A stretch of DNA of 40,343 bases from Candidatus Latescibacterota bacterium (lineage in GTDB: Bacteria; Latescibacterota; UBA2968; UBA8231). Position numbers and translations under genes: made by a program. The notes beneath the pieces are model-generated. The model worked only from the letters and a program-made list of their open reading frames with translations, made no database searches and was not told the origin of the DNA. Positions within the stretch are counted from its first letter, which is position 1, and every line of letters begins with the position of its first letter. Shown here piece by piece: positions 34,058 to 40,343 of this stretch. The stretch is taken from NCBI GenBank assembly GCA_036339235.1, contig JAYZCA010000287.1, forward strand, positions 1 through 40,343. Reading direction: 5' to 3'.

Positions 34058-35074
34058 ATGACCACTCCCCAGCTCGGCATCACGCAGTTGAACGCTGATC
34101 TCGCCGAGAGCTTGCGCGAGGGAGGCTTCGAGTCACTGGTGCTGTTCGACGTCGACCACTTCCACCACATCAACGCCGATCTCGGTGCCAAGACGGGCGA
34201 CTCTATCCTGGCCCTCGTGGATGAGATCGTCACCGGCCTCGCCCCGAAGTCGTATCGCATCGGCGGCGATTCGTACGCCGCTCTCGGTATCACCTCCGAG
34301 GGTGCCAACGACATCCGCGGGGCCGTGAAACAAGCGGCTCAGCAGCGCCTGGAGGCCCGCGTGTCTCTGTCGGGAGGGGGCGTGCGAATCAGGCCCGACC
34401 TGCTCGTCGTCAGCGAGGAGGCGGTGCGACTGCTCTACGCAGCGGCGTCGCAGATGCTGGTGCTGACCAAACAAGGGGCACGGGACGAGATCAACTGGCT
34501 CACCGACGAAGGGCCCTTCGAAGGCGAGTCGGGTACGGCAGCCCTGCAGCTGTTTCGCGACCTGGCGCGGGTCAACGCTTCACGAGCGCGGCAGATGGAG
34601 GTGGAGTCGACGGTCGACCCGCTGACGGGTCTGTTCAATCGCCGCGGCTTCGACGACATCTTCGCTCGCATGGTCGAGTCGTCGCAGCGCTCCGAGCGTC
34701 CCCTGGGTCTGCTCTACATGGACTCGGATTCGCTCAAGTCGATCAACGATCGCAGCGGCCACGAAGCGGGGGACCGCTTCATCGTCGACCTGGCGAGTAT
34801 CCTGCGCAACGTGGCACGCCGCTCGGACTTCATCTTCCGGTGGGGGGCCGACGAGTTCGCCGTCGTGCTGGACAGTGGCAACGCGGCGCGGGCAGCGACG
34901 CTGGCTGAACGCCTGCGGGAGGCCGTCGCCGAACGCACCGAAGGCACCATGTCGATCGGGATCTACTGGGGGGTACCGGAGAGCGCCGACGAGGCCGTGC
35001 GCATCGCCGACACCGCCATGTACGACGCCAAACGTCGCGGCAAGGACCGGGTCGTCGTCAACCTGCAGGAGTAA
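34058..35074 (+). CDS. Tandem GGDEF-domain protein, both signature motifs non-canonical (GGDSY and GADEF), I-site RxxD present
   Basis: The N-terminal domain reads LVLFDVDHFHHINADLGAKTGD...YRIGGDSYAAL. The C-terminal domain reads DPLTGLFNRRGF...YMDSDSLKSINDRSGHEAGD...RRSDFIFRWGADEFAVVL...DTAMYDAKRRGKDR. The start is ATG 34058 with GGAGAG upstream. Confidence 0.8.
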   Translation: MTTPQLGITQLNADLAESLREGGFESLVLFDVDHFHHINADLGAKTGDSILALVDEIVTGLAPKSYRIGGDSYAALGITSEGANDIRGAVKQAAQQRLEARVSLSGGGVRIRPDLLVVSEEAVRLLYAAASQMLVLTKQGARDEINWLTDEGPFEGESGTAALQLFRDLARVNASRARQMEVESTVDPLTGLFNRRGFDDIFARMVESSQRSERPLGLLYMDSDSLKSINDRSGHEAGDRFIVDLASILRNVARRSDFIFRWGADEFAVVLDSGNAARAATLAERLREAVAERTEGTMSIGIYWGVPESADEAVRIADTAMYDAKRRGKDRVVVNLQE

Positions 35075-35177
35075 TACGTACCCATTTAGCGGATTGCCGG
35101 TGGCAGCGGGTCGATTAGAAAAGCACAATCCACGATGCTGCGGAACAAACCGGGGCGCAAGTCTATCACGGCGCCCA

Positions 35178-36032
35178 TTACTCTGAGGCGGCGACGGGTT
35201 TGGCCTGCACCGAGCCGACGGCGCCGACACGATGCTCCTCGAGCTTGGGCCGGAATCCCGCCACGATCACGTTGTTGTTACGTGGCAGGATGTTGTCGTA
35301 GTCGATGCGGTGCGGATTGTCTTCGGCGCGGCCCACCGGACACATGGCCGTGTCGTGGTAGCCGATGCGCACTGCTTTGCGCCACCGATCGGTGCGGTTC
35401 ACGTCGGACCAGTGGATGGTCAGATAGCTGAAAAAAGTGACGTCCCCTGTCTTGGCGGGCACAGCGACGGACTCGCCCATGTTGGGGTGGTAGTCGTCGG
35501 GAGGCAGGTGGGGCGCCGTGTCGGGGCCGAGGACGTGGTTGATGGGGCCGCCCTTGTGGCTGCCCGGGACGACGTGCAGGGCGCCGCTCTCCAGCGGGGC
35601 GTCATCGAGATGCAGCAGGCAGTCGACGAAGTCGGGGCCGTCGTGCGGGTAGAAGGGATAGTCCTGATGCATCGGGAAGGGTGTGCCCATCTCCGGCGGC
35701 TTGGCGTGCAGCACGGTGTGATGCCACTGCACGCTGTCGCCGATCAGGTCTCGCACGCAAGCCACGAGCCCCTCGTTGTGGATGACACGGGACCACACGT
35801 CCGAATAAAAATCGGGACGGTGCAGGAACACGGCCTTGGTGTTGAGACGGTCCTCCTCTTTCAGGTACCGATCACGCCATGGACCCTTCCAGCCGATGGT
35901 TTCCTCGCCCCATTCCTCGATGATACGCACCATGTCGGCGGCCAATCCGGCAGACTCAGCGGCGGAAAACAGGCCCTCGACCTTGAGGTAGCCGTCGCGG
36001 TGGTAGGCCTCGATCTGATCTTCTGTGAGCAT
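35178..36032 (-). CDS. PhyH-family Fe(II)/2-oxoglutarate dioxygenase
   Basis: The protein reads MLTEDQIEAYHRDGYLKVEGLF...PFPMHQDYPFY (HxD)...HVVPGSHKGG...FFSYLTIHWSDVNRTD..RKAVRIGY. Confidence 0.85.
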   Translation of the reverse strand: MLTEDQIEAYHRDGYLKVEGLFSAAESAGLAADMVRIIEEWGEETIGWKGPWRDRYLKEEDRLNTKAVFLHRPDFYSDVWSRVIHNEGLVACVRDLIGDSVQWHHTVLHAKPPEMGTPFPMHQDYPFYPHDGPDFVDCLLHLDDAPLESGALHVVPGSHKGGPINHVLGPDTAPHLPPDDYHPNMGESVAVPAKTGDVTFFSYLTIHWSDVNRTDRWRKAVRIGYHDTAMCPVGRAEDNPHRIDYDNILPRNNNVIVAGFRPKLEEHRVGAVGSVQAKPVAASE

Positions 36033-36096
36033 GACTGCAGTTCTGGCCGGTGATGTGAGTGTTGGTGCATCGACGGTCGAATCATACGTCGGATCG

Positions 36097-36772
36097 CTAC
36101 CGCAGACAACAAGCTAAACCCACATAGCTGCCAGCGAGGGAGGCGTAGTACACGTCGCCACCTGGTGTGGTGGCAATACCATAGGGGCCACGGCCACCCG
36201 GGGCGGCAAAGACCTCGACGTCGCCCACGGCCGGGTCCAGACGGCCGTAGATGCCATTCTGGCCGGTGAACCAGAGCACGCCATCCAGGTCGAAAGTGGC
36301 GGTATTGAGATTGCCGTTTGCCGAGCCCGCCGGCAGGGAGAAGACGCGGTGACCTCGTCCGTCACCGGATCGACGCGGACGATGGCGTTGAGTCCGCCGT
36401 CGGTGATCCAGGGGCCCCGTCGGGGCCGACGATGACGCCGTGGGGCGCAGCTCCGGCACCGAGGTGGACATGTCGGGTCAAACCGGAGGCGGTGTCCAGG
36501 TAGCCGAGTGCCCCGAGACGCTGGGCCGTATACCAGACACCGCCATCGACGGCTGGTGCGACATCGTGGGGTCGCGATCCGGCGGGGACGTCGAACTCCT
36601 CGATGACTGGCTCGAAGGGCACGGCTTCGACATCGGGGGAGACCGGCATTGTGCCATCGTCGGAGTCAGACCCGCAGGCACACAGCCAGAGACAACCCAG
36701 CAGCAGGATCCCGGCGTGTTTCACTCGGCCTCCATGTGGGAAGATGGGTGCGGTCCAGGGAAATGAGAGCAA
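36097..36772 (-). pseudogene. Vgb-like (streptogramin-lyase-type) beta-propeller lipoprotein gene with two frameshifts and a missing 3' part
   Basis: The sequence reads through three frames. The first frame gives a lipobox LLLGCLWLCAC...PHDVAPAVDGGVWYTAQ...APHGVIVGPDGA. The second frame gives WITDGGLNAIVRVDPVTDEVT. The third frame gives VFSLPAGSANGNLNTATFDLDGVLWFTGQNGIYGRLDP...GPYGIATTPGGDVYYASLAGSYVG. Unrelated residues (LACCLR) and a stop follow, and roughly the last 170 aa of the family are absent. Confidence 0.7.
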
Positions 36773-36876
36773 CAGAGGTAGTCCTGCGCACGGGCGTGCC
36801 CGCGTTGAACCCGACAGGCATGGTGCCTATTTTCAATGGTTTGCGCCCATCTGAAGACGGAGAATCGCAGCCCCAG

Positions 36877-37992
36877 ATGATCGAGCACGACCCCTATTTC
36901 ATCGCCGATCCGGACGCCATCGAAACGCCTGCCATGGTGGTTTTCGAGGCGCAGGTGGACGCCAACATAGCCGCGCTCTGCGAGCTGGTGGACGGCGGTT
37001 CCAACCTGATGGCGCATGTAAAGACGCACAAGTCCGCAGCCATCGTGCGCAAACAGCTGGCAGCCGGGATCGCCGGGTTCAAGTGTGCCACCCTGAGGGA
37101 GCTCGAGATGGCCCTCGACGCCGGCGCCTCCGAGGCGATCCTCGCCTACCCGATGGTGCAGCACCTCAAAGTGGGCCGCTTCGCGAAGATTGCCGACACC
37201 CATCCCGAGGCTCGGGTCTGTGCCACAGCGGGAGACGCGGCTCACGTGGAGGCGCTGGCAGCGGCCGCTGCCAGCCGCAACCGCCCCCTGCTGGTAATGC
37301 TCGACCTGGACGTGGGAATGCACCGCACGGGCGCGGCTCTGCAGGGCGCCGCCGAGCAGGTGTACGGCGCCATCCACAACACACCGGGACTTGAGGCGGC
37401 GGGGCTGCACGCCTACGACGGCCACGAGCACTTCCAGGATCCACCCGAACGGGCGGGGGCCGCGCAGAAGCACATCGATGACCTGAAGACCCTCAAGAAC
37501 CAACTCGAGAGCGCCGGGCTGCCGGTGCCCCGTGTCGTTGCCGGCGGTTCCTTCTCCTTCGCCTACTATGCAGCCACCGAAGGGTTTCACGGGTCGCCGG
37601 GCACCGTCGTCTACTGGGACATCAACGGCACGACGCGTATGCCGGACCTGCCCTTCCGCTGGGCGGCGATGGTCCTGTGTCAGGTCGTTGAACGACACCC
37701 CGATCAGCACACGATCACCACCGACCTGGGTGTCAAGGCGATCGCCGCCGATCCGCTGCTGGAGAGCCGGGCCCGCCTGCTTGGGCACCTGGAGGCGCGT
37801 CTCATCCTGCAGAACGAGGAACATGGTGTGTTCCGCTGGGATGGCGACGACCTGCCCGCCATCGGCCAATACCTGCTGGCGATCCCCGGCCACGTGTGCC
37901 CGACGACGATTCGCTACCCCGGCAGTTACGTCATCGACGCCGAAGGCGCGGTGGTCGACTTCTACCCTCACACCGCCCGCGACCGGCAGTAG
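36877..37992 (+). CDS. DSD1 / D-threonine aldolase / D-serine dehydratase-like PLP enzyme (alanine-racemase-N fold)
   Basis: The protein reads IETPAMVVFEAQVDANIAAL...AHVKTHKSAAI (PLP Lys)...GFKCATLRE...LHAYDGH...HVCPT. The start is uncertain, with candidates at 36763, 36820 and 36877. The track start 36649 overlaps the neighbouring pseudogene. Confidence 0.75.
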   Translation: MIEHDPYFIADPDAIETPAMVVFEAQVDANIAALCELVDGGSNLMAHVKTHKSAAIVRKQLAAGIAGFKCATLRELEMALDAGASEAILAYPMVQHLKVGRFAKIADTHPEARVCATAGDAAHVEALAAAAASRNRPLLVMLDLDVGMHRTGAALQGAAEQVYGAIHNTPGLEAAGLHAYDGHEHFQDPPERAGAAQKHIDDLKTLKNQLESAGLPVPRVVAGGSFSFAYYAATEGFHGSPGTVVYWDINGTTRMPDLPFRWAAMVLCQVVERHPDQHTITTDLGVKAIAADPLLESRARLLGHLEARLILQNEEHGVFRWDGDDLPAIGQYLLAIPGHVCPTTIRYPGSYVIDAEGAVVDFYPHTARDRQ

Positions 37993-38014
37993 TCAGGCAG
38001 GGGAGGGCGCGACT

Positions 38015-38752
38015 ATGCCCGACGGCACGCCATTCTCTGTCAACTGGCTGGTCACGCTCATCCATGCCCGGCATGTCGGGCGCGTCGTGCGTGCAGTTGC
38101 CCGCGGCAGGCTGCTCGATGTGGGTTGCGGTAGCCGGCCGTTCGCGGACCTGCTCGAGGCTCACAGCGATCGCTCACTGGGGATTGAGATCGACGCTGAG
38201 CGCTACGGCCTTCCGTCGAACTCGGCGGAGGGCATGATCGCCTGCAGCGGCGCCGAGCAGCCCGGACATCTGCCCGACGCCTGGGCCAGCGGTCTGCGAT
38301 TGCCGTTCCGCGACGGGACCTTCGACACGGCGGTGTCCTTCCAGGTCCTGGAGCACGTTCCCCAACCGGCGCGCATGCTGGTGGAGATCAGGCGCGTTCT
38401 CAAGCCCGGAGGTGTGCTCGTACTGACGGCGCCGCACATCTGGGGCATCCATGAGGAGCCCCACGACTACTACCGGTTCACGCCCTACGGCCTGCGCTAT
38501 CTGGCTGAGGCCGCCGGACTCAAAGTGCACAGCGTCGTCCCACTGGCTGGCTTCTGGGTCACCATGGGTGCGCGTTTCACCCAATACCTCGCACAATTCG
38601 AGAAGCTCTACCTGCATCCGTTGACGCGGCCGCTGATGGCGTTGATCCAGGTGAGCTGCCTCGTCCTCGACCGGCTTCACCGAGTCGACAGCGACGCCTG
38701 GAACCACCTGCTGGTAGCGCGGAAACCGAAGAAGCCGGAGGGCAAGGGCTGA
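38015..38752 (+). CDS. Class I SAM-dependent methyltransferase
   Basis: The protein reads LLDVGCGSRPF (motif I)...FDTAVSFQVLEHV...LKPGGVLVLTAP. GGGGAGGG lies 8 nt upstream of ATG 38015. The track start 37532 is an out-of-gene extension. Confidence 0.8.
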   Translation: MPDGTPFSVNWLVTLIHARHVGRVVRAVARGRLLDVGCGSRPFADLLEAHSDRSLGIEIDAERYGLPSNSAEGMIACSGAEQPGHLPDAWASGLRLPFRDGTFDTAVSFQVLEHVPQPARMLVEIRRVLKPGGVLVLTAPHIWGIHEEPHDYYRFTPYGLRYLAEAAGLKVHSVVPLAGFWVTMGARFTQYLAQFEKLYLHPLTRPLMALIQVSCLVLDRLHRVDSDAWNHLLVARKPKKPEGKG

Positions 38753-40185
38753 TGGAGTCGGGGATGGCGCGCAGCAGCTGGGCGACACCGGACAACGGCT
38801 GGGTGGTGGCGGGGGCGGCACTGGCGGTGGCGCTGGTGACGGCAGTGCCGATGTTGCTGCTGGGCACAGCGCTGCACATCGTGCTGGTGGCAGGCGCCCT
38901 CGTCTCGGTGGTGGCCATCCTGTTCTCGCCACGGCGAGCGCTGGTGGCGCTCGTGGTGGTCATATCCGTTCTGCCAGCCACCCTCATCGATGCTACGCGT
39001 CTACCCCTGGGACTGCGTCCGTGGGAGCTGATCCTGCTGGCGGCGCTGCTGTTCGCCGTGATCGACTTCATCTTCTTCGATGGTCTGCGCCTGCGACGCA
39101 CGCGGGCCGACGGCCTGGTAGTCGCCTTCCTGGGTGCGGCCGGCATCGGCGCTCTGGTGGGCGCCTGGTACGGTCACGAGGCAATCCTGCGCAACGCGCG
39201 TTATCCATTCTACTACCTCTGTTTTTTCCTCGTGCTGCAGGCAGTCGACCGGCGCGACGTGACCCGCCTTTTCGCTCCCGTATTCGTCGTCATCGGCGCC
39301 GTGGTCAGCGCCCAGTACATTCTCGAGTTCCTCGGCGCCATCGATCTGTCCACGGGAGAGAATTTCGTGCGCATCGGGCGCCGCCAGGGCATCGTGCTGC
39401 CCGTGTCCCTTCTCGTAATCGCCAACTGTATGGTCCACGACCCACGACGCTGGGGCCGAGGCCCGATGCTCGGGCTGTTTCTGTTCACGGGCCTCGGATT
39501 CGCCCTCACGATGGGGCGCGGAATGTGGGCGTCCTTCGGCCTCGGTCTCGTCGTTTCCGTGTGGCTGTGGCACAAGGGACAGCCCGTCGAACAGCGCCGC
39601 GCCTGGAAGGGCATCGCCCTGGCTTTCGGCCTCGTGCTGACCCTGACGGCGACGGTGCTCGTCTTCCAGAGGGTGACGGGCACGTCGATATCGGCCCACG
39701 CCGTGGAGCGCTCGCGCACCTTCGTGGACTACAGCCGTGACATACAGTTTCTCAGCCGCCTGCTCAACTACGCCATGGCCCTCGAAGAGATCTCCCAACA
39801 TCCAATCCTCGGAGCCGGCCAGGGCGCGACGGTGACGTCATACTCCTTCGATCCCGACACGGATCGGTTCGAGACGTGGACGGCGTGGACGCTGGACAAT
39901 CTCTACCTGACCCTGTGGCTGAAACTCGGCCTGGCCGGTCTCATCCTGTTCTCAGCGCTGTGCCTGTGCGTGGGGCGAGCCGGTATGCGCGTGTTCTATC
40001 GCAGTTCTGACCCGTCGGAGCGCGCCTTCGCCGCTGCCGTGGTGGCGATCCTGGCGGGCATGGCCCTGCTGGGGATCAGTGATGGGTTGATGGTAAATGG
40101 CCGCTTCGCGGCTCTGTTCGCTGTGCTCTTCGGATTGGTGATGCTGATGGATGCTGACGACCAAGGAAACCAGATAGGAAAATGA
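38752..40185 (+). CDS. O-antigen ligase/polymerase-like (Wzy_C-type) polytopic membrane protein
   Basis: The 477-aa protein has about 10-12 TM helices and a large loop, HPILGAGQG...WTLDNLYLTLWLKLGLAG, typical of the O-antigen ligase family. It is TGATG-coupled to the methyltransferase. Confidence 0.65.
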   Translation: MESGMARSSWATPDNGWVVAGAALAVALVTAVPMLLLGTALHIVLVAGALVSVVAILFSPRRALVALVVVISVLPATLIDATRLPLGLRPWELILLAALLFAVIDFIFFDGLRLRRTRADGLVVAFLGAAGIGALVGAWYGHEAILRNARYPFYYLCFFLVLQAVDRRDVTRLFAPVFVVIGAVVSAQYILEFLGAIDLSTGENFVRIGRRQGIVLPVSLLVIANCMVHDPRRWGRGPMLGLFLFTGLGFALTMGRGMWASFGLGLVVSVWLWHKGQPVEQRRAWKGIALAFGLVLTLTATVLVFQRVTGTSISAHAVERSRTFVDYSRDIQFLSRLLNYAMALEEISQHPILGAGQGATVTSYSFDPDTDRFETWTAWTLDNLYLTLWLKLGLAGLILFSALCLCVGRAGMRVFYRSSDPSERAFAAAVVAILAGMALLGISDGLMVNGRFAALFAVLFGLVMLMDADDQGNQIGK

Positions 40186-40343
40186 AGACACTGATCGACA
40201 TCGCGTCGTCCCCGTCCCGGCGCATCGTGGGGCTGATGACGGGGACCTCGGCCGACGGCATCGACGCAGTGCTGGCCGATATCGAGGGTTTCGGTGAGGT
40301 GACCCAGTTCCAGATACTGTCACAGATCACCCACAAGCTGCCT
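40182..40343 (+). CDS. anmK: Anhydro-N-acetylmuramic acid kinase, N-terminal 54 codons (continues beyond the window)
   Basis: The sequence RIVGLMTGTSADGIDAVLADIEG matches the AnmK N-terminal G(L)MSGTS.DGID motif. The start overlaps the previous stop (ATGA). Confidence 0.7.
   Translation, partial: MKTLIDIASSPSRRIVGLMTGTSADGIDAVLADIEGFGEVTQFQILSQITHKLP

Noticed and set aside
2290-37971. Many long ORFs lie antisense or out of frame to the genes called above. Examples are 2290..3342(-), 4959..5708(+), 5833..6549(-), 9771..10544(-), 10821..12062(-), 12924..13982(-), 17124..18407(-), 20443..21405(-), 25594..26736(-), 30996..32096(-), 35232..36053(+) and 36721..37971(-).
   Set aside because: These are typical high-GC shadow ORFs. 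Their translations are Arg/Ala/Pro/Gly-rich and low-complexity with no family motifs, and each fully overlaps an ORF with clear family signatures on the other strand or frame.
1900-38014. The 5' extensions of track ORFs at 1900, 7809, 14581, 16116, 18421, 22801, 29654, 33758, 36649 and 37532 were considered as real gene starts.
   Set aside because: The extensions overlap the preceding gene or consist of basic low-complexity sequence. Homology to the family begins at an internal ATG/GTG/TTG that usually has an SD-like motif or a start/stop overlap with the upstream gene.
1-40343. I looked for CRISPR arrays, tRNA/rRNA, IS elements with terminal inverted repeats, integrases, toxin-antitoxin pairs, restriction-modification or other defence genes, retron/DGR-type reverse transcriptases, and phage genes.
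   Set aside because: I found no repeat-spacer periodicity, no tRNA-like cloverleaf in the few intergenic gaps, and no transposase, recombinase, nuclease, ATPase or RT motifs in any ORF. The window reads as metabolic and envelope chromosome, not as a mobile or defence island.

Overview
This is a clearly high-GC (not computed), densely coding bacterial chromosomal segment with about 37 protein-coding genes or gene remnants. Many genes are separated by 0-4 nt or have overlapping start/stop codons (ATGA, TGATG, GTGA). I found no rRNA, tRNA, CRISPR array, transposase, integrase, phage gene or recognisable defence gene. From left to right the content is as follows. (1) A GH20 hexosaminidase lies next to an MFS transporter that runs in frame into a PhyH dioxygenase. 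(2) A minus-strand iron-uptake operon (feoA, feoB, FeoB-associated Cys-rich peptide, DUF4956-like membrane protein) follows, with an AT-richer divergent control region containing a 16-bp perfect palindrome and a DtxR/IdeR-like box. (3) A tightly packed plus-strand gene string of about 12 kb encodes an outer-membrane beta-barrel, a secreted FMN_bind protein, a 4-TM His-containing membrane protein, a 1271-aa fused hydantoinase A/B (5-oxoprolinase type), an unknown secreted protein, a sulfatase, a GH92 and a BetC-like sulfatase. (4) An oxidoreductase/sugar-modification block encodes PhyH, a xylose-isomerase-like TIM barrel, YkgJ, two SDRs, a cupin, a lone xanthine-dehydrogenase-family Mo subunit and a Gfo/Idh/MocA enzyme. 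(5) A GcvR-like ACT protein is divergent from GH4, a sulfatase carrying an N-terminal MoaD/ThiS-type ubiquitin-like domain, and a YjlB-like cupin. (6) The right end encodes a tandem degenerate GGDEF protein, a third PhyH, a DSD1/D-threonine-aldolase-type PLP enzyme, a methyltransferase, an O-antigen-ligase-like protein and the start of anmK. There is no canonical 'system' such as a defence island. The most unusual items are the Ubl(GG)-sulfatase fusion, the stop-less MFS-PhyH junction, and the flavoprotein/His-membrane/OMP trio opposite feoAB. Two further unusual points are that all glycosidases and sulfatases lack signal peptides, and that five broken or truncated genes occur. Three of the broken genes fail at short homopolymers, which also warns about contig base quality. 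All family calls are by-eye motif recognition, not database searches.
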